Of a stretch of 64,000 nt of DNA, positions 36,005 to 49,026 are shown piece after piece. Each line of letters begins with the position of its first letter. Within the stretch, counting starts at the first letter, position 1. The notes beneath the pieces were generated by a model. That model saw only the letters and a list, made by a program, of their open reading frames with translations. It was not told the DNA's origin and made no database searches. Both the position numbers and the translations under genes were made by a program. The DNA lies in assembly GCA_973895155.1 (NCBI GenBank), contig OZ316898.1:9225079-9289078 (forward strand), given 5' to 3'. This stretch comes from Marsupella aquatica. Its lineage: Eukaryota > Plantae > Marchantiophyta.

Positions 36005-39000
36005 AAATATGGGTCTCTCCAGGCACGAAAACGGTTCGGTGGAATATAGTAGAATTCGGCCCGCAGATGGCGGCAGCTCTCTGGTTCGCACACGGTATTA
36101 CAATATGCAGTACACGTCTGACAAACCTTTGGGAAAATGAAGTAGTTCCCTCTGCACATTATCGATGACTACCAATACATCTGCTACGAATCAGATAGCT
36201 TGATTGAAGCGAGGCAAGCGACCTGCCAAGTCATTACCGAGGTACTGAAGCTAAATTGAATGCTAGCGTTTTGGAGGAGACTGAAATACTTTGGATGGAT
36301 GACAAGAGTAGGAAGAGCTTCTGCTATTGTTGAGCGTGTATATTCCAAAGGAGAGGGAAGGCATGTAGGATTATCATCATCAAACAAGCGAAAGAGATGT
36401 GGGAATTTTAGTTGTCGTTGTGACTTCAAGTCAAGCTGCAGGATCGAGGATCTCAGTTCTGAACCTTTGTCTTAGGCCAACTCAACGCTATTTCTTGTTT
36501 TTGCTTGGGTGTGTTGAACGTCAGGCATGTTTAAAGCTAGTTCCCCACGCTGTAGTAGGCAGACATTCTCTTAGTTAGCTGACTTACTGCGTCCACACGA
36601 CCATACGTAGTGGAGGTGATTGTACTAAGGTAGCTAGATATGAGTGGGTTTTGCGCATGGACTTCTCAGAGGAGGTAGTTAGGAGTGTTAGGTACCTTGG
36701 AATGAAATGTATAACTGTGAACTGGAGGGAATTCTGAGTGTGTGATAAGTTAGACAAACTGTTAGTTAGCAACTTGCCTCCTCAGCAGAGGGAGCCATAG
36801 ATATTAGTATCTTCGTCTTTCGATAGATCCCATAGGGGAGATATGGACAAAGTCTCTAATAGGGCATATAGATGATTCTTTTCTTTCAATACAAAGTTGT
36901 TCCCACAATTGTCAGTCAGGCCTGCCCTTGGATCTCAGTTTTCTTGCACTCCATGTAATATGTACAGAGGACCTCTCGGTTTTCGTCTTCTTGTTACTCT
37001 CTTATCTTATACCGTGCCTACTTGACTAAAATGATTGCGTGGAAATGGGTTCTGACCCCGTGGGTCTTTTCTGGATTTCGTCCTCTACATTTTCTGGATT
37101 TCTTCCTCTACATAGCGAGAACCAAGTCAATTGTACCCATTTAAGGAGGTCTCAGGGAAATGACAAGCTCCCCTGGTAGTCATGAGGCTGATCGTTGTGA
37201 CTAATGTCTGCCAGAGCATTTTGCAAGTGAGAATCAACTCTCGTGTCCGAAATTCCTCTGTGCTTGAGCCAAAGCCGGAAACGAGATTCACCAAGGGCAG
37301 ACAGATCATTCCAGATGCAACTGAATCTACAGGCACATATTAAACTGCTCTTGAAAGGAAGATTAGTTTGGTGAGCCAAGCATCACAATCGTCAGAATGA
37401 ATCTATCGATCTCTCTTTCGTAACTCGATTTCCTTGCCTATTAAATTCACCACAATCCATCACTATTCATCAACTCCAACGAGCATGAACAACACTGATT
37501 GATCCTCGAGTGGTGGATTTGCATCTGCAAATCTTCGTCCCAACTAAAACCAGCAGTCTGTTCTCACCTATTAGAAGTGTGATTGGTTCGAGGTTGATGA
37601 GGAAGTTGAGACGTCGAGATTCCTGCTGGATAGCATCTTGGATTTCTCAGGGTGGATGGTGAATCTTGGATTTCTCTGGGTGGAAGGTGAATCCTGGATT
37701 TCTCTGCGCGGATGGTGAAGCAGTATTGGGTGCCAGCTAAGGGACAAGATAATTGTGTTAGCCTTGCTTGATGGGATGAAGCCACCCCCGTACTGGACCT
37801 TCATTAAACCTATCTGATAGTGCACAACACCCACAAATTGCAGCTTGTTGGGAACTATGTGGGGTTAATCCTATTTGTGAGGAAACCGGCGTACATCTCT
37901 CCGACCAAGCAGAAGAGATGGCATGGTGTTGATACCTATCTCACTAATGGCGAGTTGTACATTAACTTCACAAGATATTCCATTCTAGATCTAGTACTAA
38001 TGATGCCAAGTTTCACAGACAGATCGATGTAGAGCATTTTTACGTAAGTTGTCTATGCTGCAGCTCTCTCTGCAAGCTTCCGGACTTCGATCACATCCTG
38101 TGCATTCCCGTGAAAAAACTGTGTCCAATAAGGAAGACAGTGGTCATGTCTAGGGAGTTAAGCACTCGACGTCTCTTCTATCTATAGTGGATGAGTACGC
38201 GTGGAGTAGAGTGATCGGCATCTCATTGGAATGGCGAAACTCCCAAAACGGCGTTACACAGAAAGGAACTCCATATATTTTCCGGTTCTCAACTCTTAAT
38301 ATTTTTACTAAAGAAATGACGAAGTTATATTGCGTTCAAGGTTGACTGAGGTTGGTGGATTTCAGAGGTTCATCACGAAGGAATCATCTTCAATTGTTCG
38401 TATGAAAATTGCAATCATATCTCAAGATGATCACCAATGGACAATCATTGCAACATAAACTTGACACGATTCCGGCATTAATCTTCCACCTACAGGTGCG
38501 TTTGGAAACACACCGAAAAAAACTTAATGTTGTTAAAAATCCCATTGCTGAAGCTTGTGGCATCTCATTGAGATTAGAACCGTATTAGTATTACGGTAGA
38601 TATTGCGTTCAAACCAAAAAACTATTCCTCGACATACCTTGACACTGCGTTCTTGCCATTTTTTTGGCGTTGACAACCTTCAGCTTACATGTGTCTCTTA
38701 TATGAATGGAAATTGGCTCGGTATGTCCTCTCTGCAGTTTTCGCATTTCTATCTTATTCTTCTCTCTGGTTTCTCCGCAGGTACTAGTTTGATGAAGAAA
38801 GCCCGACCTCAATCCAGGAAACTCCTCTCCTAGCTGTTCTTCCCTATTGCTTTTTAAATCATGCATGACTCAGTCTCTCATTAGTGTCGATTACAAGATG
38901 TTTCCCTGGCCTTGTTAGGTCCTTTGAAATATTGCCAATTTTAAGGTACCAAATCTTTGCACCTGATGGTTGTGAGGTCAGCTCTTTGGTTTAAGTCAAT

Positions 39001-39134
39001 TGGAAGCTTGTGAGTATTAGCCGAAGAATCAAAGTGAGAGAGATGCTACAACCCAGGCGCTCTCCACTTTGTTATTTCACTGCACTTCTACGTTACACCA
39101 TATCTTTCAGTTGGAAGCGTTCAAAAGGTCCAGC

Positions 39135-39700
39135 ATGGCATCGACAAACTTTGCAAACCATCATTTTCTCCTGATAATCGAGGGCCTTGCACTTATAGTA
39201 GGCCTGGGCAATGCACCGAAAGGAGTGATAGCGGCTGATCCAGATCCGCTCCAAAGATTTCTGCAATTGCGGGGTAGGTACCCATGCCAGGACGTACCCA
39301 GCAATGGCCACCACAAGACTTCGCGTTGTCCGAGCTCGCAAACGTCACTTATATCACGGGAAACCCGCTCCATGGCATTGACTGCACTAGACGCCCTGCG
39401 TTTGGGTTTGGCTCGATTGGACATCAACCCTGGCGGAATCATCATGCCGTATACTCATTAACTTGGCGACGGAGATTCTCTTCGGCTTCGTCACCAACAG
39501 CAGTAACCCTCGTGACCCAATAAGCATCAAACGACACTCAGATAAACATCTTCCAGAGAACAACAGTGATCTATCGGTCCATTTCGCTCATCGTAAGCAT
39601 TTTGAGATTTATACCACACTTCAGTTAAGTCGAGCCAAATTCACGCCTGTGGATGTGGCTATCCACATAAACACTACTTTCAATCTAGCGTTGTAAGTGT
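39135..39700 (+). pseudogene. Germin-like (cupin) pseudogene
   Basis: Signal-peptide-like N-terminus, then AADPDPLQ with DFC in a shifted frame. LGLARLDINPGGIIMPYTH* is followed in another frame by ATEIL and GFVT. These are germin box motifs broken by frameshifts, a stop and deletions. Confidence 0.8.
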
Positions 39701-40162
39701 TGGGAGTGCTCAACATCAATTCTACTCTTAGAAAAAACAAAACAATAAAACATTCTGCTCCTGCAGGTGTATCTAAGTATACTTATACTTCCGAAGCACT
39801 TCAGGCAGACACTCTTGCGAACAAATTTAAAACTTGAACACGCGGAATTCGGTGAAGCACTGTCCCGGTCGGTGGAGAGTAACAGTTACAATGACAGTCT
39901 TTCCCCTTCAAAAGTTTGCAATTATCCGAAAATCATGGCATTGAACTTGAAAGCCTGGATTATTTGGCAAAACATTTGTTCGACAACAGATAGATCCGGG
40001 GGCTTTATCATCAGTCTGTAGCAATGAATAAATAATTCCTGAATGTTTCTGGATCATTTTAGCAAGACAAGTCTCGAACAAAGAAAATCCTAGCCTATGA
40101 CGATACCGCAAAACTTGAAAGTCCCGTCGAAGTAAGACCTGGCCTACCTACGGATGATCTGC

Positions 40163-41465
40163 TCAAAGGCGAAGGGAAACTATGAAGGGTGGCTCTAGGA
40201 AGCCTTTAAAGGGAGGAAACCCCTCTGCTTTCTCCCACACAAGTTCGGTGTCCTCGACCCCGAAGCCTTTACTTTGAAGAAGACCTAGAACCCTCGAAGT
40301 ATGGAATCGACGTCGGTTGCCCGGTCGTGAGTCCGAGTCACTTACTCGAGATGGTTCGGACTGGACCTCGTACCAAACCATTGCTAAAAGCTCACCATCC
40401 AAGTGTACAATTTTTCCTGGTCCTAACCGCGGGGCGTTCACCAATCCTTCAATTGAATACGAACAATGATGTAGAAGTGTCTTCGATTCGTTCTCAATAT
40501 CAATGGTATAAATGTCCAACCCACCCATGTAATGCAATTTTCCTTCAGACATGAAAAATGTTTGGGAGAGCGAATCTCTCCAAGGATCGGATACGATTCT
40601 CCATGTATTCTGTACAGGGTTATAAATCTCGAAATAATTTGCAATGCTTACCTCCCTCCATCTCACTGCAAAGGCAGGTCTAGCCTGCTCGTTAGCATTG
40701 AGACGGTTTCCGCCGTAGACCAACAGCTCGTCTCCAAATGTTCCAACTTGGTGACCGAACCGCCAATCTGCCATGGGCTTGATCGCAGTCCAAGCATCTA
40801 CTTCGGGATCATACACCTCTGCTGCATCAAGAGGTGTGCGGAAAGTAGCACCACCGACTGGTGTGCGGGAAATAACACCACCAAAGACGTAAATTTTGCC
40901 ATTGATAACCCCACATCCAAATTCATGTCGTGCTACTAGCATACCTGCACACCTTTTCCATGGCCTCTGCCCAGCTTGATCCAGCTTGATCCAGCATATA
41001 CACTTCATTACTGCTGATTCCATCAGAGTATCCTCCCAAAATATAGACTTTTCCATGCATCGTTACGCATCTGCAGGCGTGTAGAAATTCACGTCGAACA
41101 GTTCTGAAGGGAGGAAGTTGATAGCAAGCGTCGTCTTTCATGGAATATAGAACAATGCCATTGGTATTATGAGGAGAATACTCATCATCATTATATTTAA
41201 TGACAGCAAGCGTGTCTGTTGAGTGAGAGTGAACTCTTGCTTTATAAATTTCGTGACGTTCAGCTGCTTGTTTCCAGGGACGGCTTACTGATGTTAGAGT
41301 TTGAATTGTTGTCCATGGCAAGAGTGTTACAATCTTGTGCAAGGTGATAGTGTTAGGAATCCCTGGAAGCAATTCCGTGCTGGCGACTTTCTCGTCTTCC
41401 GTTTGATTTCTCTGTGGCTGCCTTACCGAACTCGTGGCTTCCTCCTCGTCTGCTACTCCAGTCAT
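40163..41465 (-). pseudogene. F-box/kelch-repeat gene, frameshifted by a 10-bp tandem duplication (430 aa if repaired)
   Basis: N-terminal F-box-like LLPGIPNTITLHKIVTLLPW...VSRPWK; kelch motifs GKVYILGG, GKIYVFGG, AEVYDPEVDAW and EIYNPVQNTW. CCAGCTTGAT is duplicated at 40971-40990, exactly where the two ORFs switch frame. Confidence 0.85.
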
Positions 41466-41479
41466 CGCTTATGAATCCT

Positions 41480-41725
41480 CGTTACAACGTAACGACCTGT
41501 AGATGTCTTCAATTTCCCTGACGGAATGGATTTTGCAGAACTATCGCTCCAGATACACAACGTAACTACCTGTAGACGTCTTCAAGTCCAGCCTCAATTG
41601 CCCTTGACGGAATGGATTTTGCAGAACTATCGCTCCAGATACACAACGTAACTACCTGTAGATCTTTTCAATTGCCCTTGACAGAATGGATTTTGCAGAG
41701 CTATCAGTCCAGATCTCGCTCCAGA
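41480..41725. repeat. Three tandem copies (about 75-85 bp) directly upstream of the F-box/kelch start codon
   Basis: ACAACGTAAC.ACCTGTAGA...TGAC.GAATGGATTTTGCAGA.CTATC occurs three times. Confidence 0.9.
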
Positions 41726-42514
41726 TAAACAAGATTCAAGTCCTTCACCGAGACATGACCCGTTTCCGACTTGCTGTACAGCAAATAAGAATTACCGAAC
41801 GAGGTAATGAATCGAATTGCAAGACCAGAATCGTGGCAAAACTGTCAAATTATACTCAACGCAGATTTCTCGATGCCCCCTTTGTACAAAACTGACTTTA
41901 GTACTGGGAGGACTCTAATTCACAATCATTTGGAAATCGATGGAGGCACAATACCCGGTAGGTTATTCTGAACTCTGAAACTTGGCAACTAATTGCAGAT
42001 TGGTGTATCCGGAACGTTACAAGATATTGTCTGTTACATAAGAAGTTAATCGTTAGTAGACAAAGATGACGTCTGGGGTTCGGGTCCACTAACAAGAACG
42101 AGGAGAGCCGTAAAACAGCAGCCGCTGTACTCTAGCTAAGAGTTCCGCAAACTATATCTATATCGGAAGCGTAAAAATTACGTGCTTTCAATAATTATAT
42201 CGAGATCATTACAGTAGTTGACCCTACTGTAGCCATATGTCTACATCAACTTAGCCACTGAACAAGATTTTGAGCCCCAGATAATGATCCCAAAAACCGA
42301 ACGAAAATCCATTCTCTTCATCAGCCTAATAATGCCAACGATCGGACTTCTCGAATTGCCATCATCGAAGAAACACGGAGAAAGACATTTTCAATAAGTA
42401 CCGTCAATGAAGGAGCCAAGTTTGTAGAAAAGACGTTCTTCCCCAAACACTGAAATGTTTGAAGTTAGACCTCGATCGATAAGTCGCTCACGACGACTGG
42501 AGGAGAATTGTAAC

Positions 42515-42516
<2 letters not shown>

Positions 42517-42571
<55 letters not shown>
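42517..42571. repeat. (GA)27 microsatellite
   Basis: Read directly from the sequence. Confidence 0.97.
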
Positions 42572-42573
<2 letters not shown>

Positions 42574-44734
42574 CTCTAATGCAGTTGTGGTCCAAATCTC
42601 CTCTCTCTTCAGGATCAAGATTCGCGGGGTACCCGGATCGAGTAGCTTGGTTGGTGACCTGGAAAGCTCGGCTGTATGGAGTCAAAGCTAAAAAGCCTGA
42701 AGAGCTGTAGTATTTTCAGGCTGACGAGTTATGACCAAACACGATTGGGTAGAGTGTCTGGTGACTTGGAAAGGTGGGCTGTATTCAAAGGAAGAAAGCT
42801 GATGAGCTGTATGGGGAGGCGGGATATTTGGTGACACATTGGCCTGGTGGTTTCCATGATTCATGAAGTGGGATCGAGTCTCAAGTACTTAAACAACTTT
42901 TTCCAAACGTGGATGGCTAAGCGCGCCTTGTACTGTCCACCCCTCACCTTCAATTCCATATTATTTTGACTTCCAATCGATCCGAATTCCAGTGGCAGTG
43001 GGGACTAGACTCTGATCGATTCTAAGCGGACCTTCGATTGTCCGACCCCCCACCTTCAATTCCACAATTTGGCTTCCAATCCGAATTCCAATGGCCTCCT
43101 CCGTAGGCACAGGCGAATGGGATTTCCAAGCACGGGCCATTTCTTCGATTCACAGTGGTGCAGCCGTGCTGCAAACTTCTTACCTTTTTCGTGATAATTT
43201 ATGATTTGGGATTGGGGCCGATCATCAAAGGTCTTCACCCTCCATCTGAACCTGTGCACGGATACTTCAGTCAATCAAGAGATTTACTGTACTTGATGGA
43301 CCCTCTAAATTGAAACAAAGCACTATTTGATGGACCCATATCGTCCATCATGGTCTGGATCACTCATGGGATTTACAAACTGTCTAGATCACTCATGGGA
43401 GCCATCAACTAATACCCATTTGGTTTGCTTAGTTTGGAATGTTTGGATTGGGTTCATAATTAGACAATGATTTGGACACAATAGGAGATAAATAATGAAT
43501 GAATCACAACATGGAAAGTATCTAGGGTTGAAGTTGATATAGGCAATCAGCTTCGATGATCATGAAGGTACAAGCAATTCAAAAGTAAGGGGAAATTGGA
43601 TGAGCACTAATATAAATCTATTCATTAAAAGTGAATTATTATTCAAAATCTCAAAATTTGGGTAATTGAAAGTGTACATTTGGTTTTCAAAAAGTATACA
43701 ATTGGGCAAGAAATAAAGATGATGATCATCAGATATACCACCATGTTCATCCTTTATAAATGAACCATGTTCATCCTTTATAAATGAATTAAGATGAGAC
43801 TCCTTCTAGTAAAGATCATTTTTGTGTCCTCAAGTTTATAATTGGCCATTTAGGTGTAGAGTATTGTACTATAATGTACCTTTTGGGTTTAAAAAGTATA
43901 TATTTAGAGACCAAAAAATGAATATTTAGAAGCATAAAAGTGAACAAAATCCTTCATCTTCATCAAAAAAAATTTAAAATTTAAATAAATAAATGCTCCA
44001 TTCTCATATTAATCATAGGTGGTCATCATGTAGGACTCATGTGAAGGCATATGACTTCAATACAACACTTATAAATATTTCCAAGAATTTATCTCATTGA
44101 AATTAAGAATAGCTATGGGGTGATGGGGTCCATGAACTAATTTGATTAATTTCTGACCCTGACATCTCCCTAGATTTCACCATAATCAAAAGATTCTTGC
44201 TACTGGGGTCTGTGGCTGGGTGGGAAACTGAGAGACAAAAAACTTAGCAGACTTTGCCAAAAGTGGTAAAGACTTTCAATGAGGCGGAGTCTAGCTAGTT
44301 CTCGTCACTGAAAAAAAGGAGGACAAGAAGGTCCAAAGTTGGAGAAGTTGAGGAGGCCTTCATAATTTTAGGAACTGTACATCTACATGCCCCCACATCT
44401 GATTGTTATATGTTTTTTTGCCTCGAAAAAACTAATTGAATTCCATTCCAAAAAGTCAGCATACAACGCAGGGGGCCCAAAAGCGGGACCAACCCCAAGG
44501 GACCAAAGGTCGAGAGAGCCGAGGCCAGAAAGGCCAGAACCGGAGAAGGAGCAGAGCCTCAAGATGAGGCAGTAACCAAACCAGAAGTTTAGAAAACTAC
44601 AGAAGGAGGAGCAAAACTCCGAAGACTGGCCAGTGCCCAGGGACCGGCGAGGTCCCCTGCAGTGGATCCAAGATAGAGATAATCCTATCAGTCTACCTGC
44701 AATACAACCCCTAACCCAGCAAGGCTCAAGGAAA

Positions 44735-47700
44735 TCACGGAGGGCGCGGGGGAACTGGTGGGACTTGGAGAATGTTTTCGTGGATCTTCCATAGTCCATC
44801 CCAGGTACCAAAATCCTGGCACATCTGGTGGTGTGCCGCAACAAAAGTGGATTTCCCAACCCGGATCCTGGCTCGATGTCGTGCCCAGTCACGCCTGATG
44901 TAGATACCGAGACGATGCCAGGTCTTCCTAATGACAGTGTACGTGTTGGGGTGTGTATGCTCTATGTAGTGGGTACAGCGTTCTTTCCATACTTGCCAGC
45001 AAGTGATAGCCGTTAGGATGTGCCAAAGCTTTGCGGGAACATCCCATTCTTCCGGTACGCCTGCTCCCACAAAAATGTGTATTGGTTGCAGTTGGACCGG
45101 AGTACTCCTGGAGAAAGCGCAGAGTTGTAGAATGTTTTGTACCCAACTCCAAACTGCTTGTGACAACTCGCAATTCCATATGCAATGGACGATGTCCTCC
45201 TGCTGATTCCTCCCGCATCTGGTACACCAGGTGGTAGGATCAGTTGGAGGAAGTGTGGGGAACCTCCAATGTTGTGTGGCGGGTATTCTATGTATGAGCT
45301 GCCACAGATAACAGTTTTCGCTAGCAGAGCGGAAAGGAAGCCAGGTGTTAGCCCAAAGGTGAGGGAGGTTGGGGCTCCAATTCAACCTGCTCGCCCATTT
45401 GCGGATAGCCTTGTGTGCAAAATCTGCTGGCCGTCCTTGAATCTCCCTCAATTGTGCAGTGGTCGTGTCCAAGAAGGATTTTCCGTCTTTCCATTCGTAT
45501 TGTAGCAATGGTGTGAGGGTTCCGGTGGGACGCCCAATTCTCAGGAGGAGAGTTACGCTGGTGTTTTGCTGCCGAACCATCACCCTGTGTAGAAGAGTCC
45601 CTGTAGGGGGAGGAGCATTATCAATTCTAGATAGGCAACCGTTCGATACATTGAATGTTCTCTTGGGGACGGATGCATCCTGGAATTGTTGCCATTGGGT
45701 CGTGATGTACCTCCTCTGTGTGAGGTACTCCCAGATGTAAAGAATCCCGTCAGGTAGAGTTGCCTCCATGAAAATAGATAGTACTTCCTCTGGGGCGCAG
45801 TGCAGCTCCGGGACACTCCTGAGATTAAGAATCATCTTTCTATAAGCACTAGCACAATTGCCTGGTAAAATCACACAAGGACCATCCTCCCAGGTAATAA
45901 AATTCCCTTCCCCATCCAGGACGTCTCTCATGGAGCGGAAGCCAGCTTGCTTGATTTTCCGTTGAGGGTTGGTGCGGCACTTTGCCATCGACGAGTTGAT
46001 GTGGTTTAGATGTGGCCTCCACAGAGGGAGATCCCTCCAACCCTCAAGGTGGCCAGGTTGTGAAGGTCTCAGATTTTTCTTAAGGACATTCCATGCGGTG
46101 CAAACGTTGGTCCATACGCGTGATCCGGCCAGTGGTAGAGTGTGACATTGTGAGAATACCCAGGTGAAGTCCTCCGTTCCCCATCTTTGTAGTGATAGCT
46201 GCTTCATTTCGTATTGGAGGATGTGGCGCAAGGGATGATCCCCTTTAGCAAGTGCCCAAATGATGAATTTTCCAGCGAGGGCCCTGAATTGAGCTGAAAG
46301 CGAAATCAAGCCCAATCCGCCAAGTCGCTTAGGTCGTGTAATAGAAGCAAAGTCCACCCTTGCCCTGGCCTTCGTGTTCTGTCCAGCCCATACGAAAGTA
46401 GTAATCTTCTTCTGGAGATCGTCCAAGGTATTCAATTGGCCTGCCCACACGGTGAGCGTGTACCAAAGGGTGCTCATGACTAAGTGATTGGCCACAGTGA
46501 CCCGAGCAATCAGAGAAGCAGAGCTCCTGCGGACCCGATCTAACCAGTCTCCAGCCTCTCAGACAATGTTGAGACCATCTGTGATTCCGAGATGTGTTGA
46601 GCCAAAGGAACTCCTAGAAGCTTGGTGGCATTGGTGTCGTCCTCCCACTGCCAGGGTAAGCACTTGAATTCCGTTGGAATGGGATGGGGTGAGATATACA
46701 CGGCTTTGGTCTTCTCCCAGGCACAGTAGAGACCAGAAGCCATGCCGAAAAGCTGAAGAATCATCTTGCATCGATCCACATAATGCATCACTGCGCGAAT
46801 GAGCATGGCAATATCGTCTGCGAACAAATTGTGCACATTGTGTACCGCCACATGTTGAATGTCCACGCCTTGAATTGTGCCCCGGCTGACTTCCCACTGA
46901 ATTATTCGGCTGAGGGAATCAATAGCGATGAGGAACAACAAGGGAGATAATGGGCATCCCTGCCTAACCGAGCGAGCCAATCTGAAGGGTGAGGCCATTC
47001 GCCCGTTAATCATTACCGCAGAGGTGGCAGATGCATGTGTGGCCTGCAAGAAATCCATGAGCAGGCCCCCGAATCCAACTTTCGCCAACAGGGACTCGAG
47101 GAAGCGCCATTCCAATTTATCGAATGCCTTGGTGATATCCAACTTCAGTAGGATGTATTCCAAACCAGAACACTCGGCATGGTGTAGCATCTCGTTGAGA
47201 AGCATAAGTGAGTGGTGGATATTGCGGCCCGGAAGGAAAGCGAATTGTTGATGCGAAATGAATTTCTGGAGGATAGGGGTTAACCTCAGCTGAAGGGCTT
47301 TCGCACCAATCTTATGCACCGTATTGAGTAGCGTGATGGGTCGCTTATTGGTTAGGTATCGTTGGTCATCTTTCTTGGGAAGAAGCACAATGAATCCGCG
47401 AGTTATCTCCTGAGAGAAATTCCCCATGCTGATCCCGTGAAGCAGGGCGCGTTGCACAGATGGTCCCACCTTGCCCCAATGTGCCAAGAAAAATTCAACC
47501 GGGACCCCGTCTGGTCCAGGGCATTTGTTTTTCGCTAATGCCGCAGTTGCCTTCCCAAGCTCCTCCACCGTAAGGGGTTGGTTCAGCAGAATCCTGTCTT
47601 CCTGGGGGATGCGCTCTGATTGTTGGTCGAGTACTTGCATCACCTGTTCCCAGTGGTGTCCAGAAGATTGGCCAAGAATGCCTTGAAAGAAGAGGGTGGC

Positions 47701-49026
47701 AGTGTCTGCCATGGGATTCCACTCACTGACGATGCATTCCTCTGAGTTGAAGAGTTGAGTGATCTCCTTGTTTTGGGCCAGCCCCTTGAAGCTCCTGAAG
47801 AAAAGTTTAGAGCATTTATCTCCCTCCCCGATCCACCTTGATTGTAGGACATAGTCCATCCATTGGACCCGCTCAACTTCAAATTCATGAAGTAAGATTT
47901 CTGCCTCCTTCACCGCAGCTTGTTTCCTGAAGTCCTGTGGGTTGGTTTCAAGAAGCAGTTGTGCTAAAGCCAGATTACGGCGTAATGTAATTTCCCTTTG
48001 ACGCCTTTCAGCAGCCTTCCTCTTGCCCCAACACCTGTCAATCTTCCTAGCTTTTTTGAGACAGCGAATGAGAGTGAGGTCCGGTGGCAATCCGTTCAAA
48101 TTGCACAAAAGTTCCTCCTGTTCCCACATGGTGATGATCCGTTCCTGATAGTCCCCCTGCTGCTGGTGGCTGGTATTCATGCGGTGCTGTGATGGCCTCG
48201 GAATGGGGACAAGAGGTTCGACAGTGGCCAACACCGGTGCATGGTCCGATAAGGTAATCCCGGGCAGAATGGTTGATGTAACTGTGAAATTCCCTTGGAA
48301 CGTCCCCTTGGAAGTGTAGATTCTGTCAAGCCTTCTCAAGACCCGTCCGCCAACCAGCACCTCATTCGTTCTGTCAGGTACGTGTCAAAAGCTCCTTTTG
48401 TTATCCCAGCTGAATCGAAGATGCCCCTGTTGCGCCTGAAAGGAGTCCACCAAATGCAGCCTCCTCTTGAGATGTTGCCAGGCTCTCTTCTCACTGCCCG
48501 CAAGGGTAGATCCCTGGCCCCCACAGTAGTCAGAGATATTCTCGATCATATTGAAGTCGCCCAATAGCATCCAAGAAAAGGATGGATCCAGCCGATTGAA
48601 AAGTTCCCTCCACAAGTTAGTCCTTCCGCGAGCAGAATTAGGTGCGTAGATTCCAAGGAAACCCACCTTGCCAAGCCCAGCGTGGACCATACAGCACCAA
48701 GCAGCCCGCCCGCAAGTTAAAACCCCCTCCGAGACCACAAATTGAAAGAGACTATTCCTAATGGCAATCGCCATTCCACCCTGGCCAGCCTCCACCCTGT
48801 TATTACGTGTGGAATGAGCTCCATCCGCTGCAGGAGCACAAACCCAGTGTGCAGTTTGCCAAGTTTCTTGAAGCTTATTGATTCTACCAGCCCGAAGCTT
48901 GTGTTCCTGTATGCACAAAATATCAGGGGAATGTTGTAGCCCCTCCAGGATGAATCTGGCTCGTAGTCGACGCCGCCTGGATGCTAGTCCCCGCAAATTG
49001 TATGTCAGAATGGTGAGTTTGGTCAT
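44735..49026 (-). pseudogene. LINE ORF2 (AP endonuclease, reverse transcriptase, C-terminal zinc finger), about 1430 aa if repaired; one nonsense codon (48385-48387) and one frameshift (about 46541)
   Basis: EN motifs TYNLRGL, LCIQEH, GDFN, RLDR, SDH. RT motifs KCPGPDG, RPITLLN, KLDITKAFD, RQGCPLSP, LFADD, KLLGV. C-terminal CTRC...EDIVHCIWNC (zf-RVT). Confidence 0.93.

Noticed and set aside
42391-42691. SLSLSL and RERERE ORFs
   Set aside because: Translations of the (GA)27 microsatellite.
44383-44892. 169-aa ORF at the LINE 3' end as a possible ORF3
   Set aside because: It overlaps the ORF2 end and 3'UTR and runs through the poly(A) and TSD into flanking DNA.
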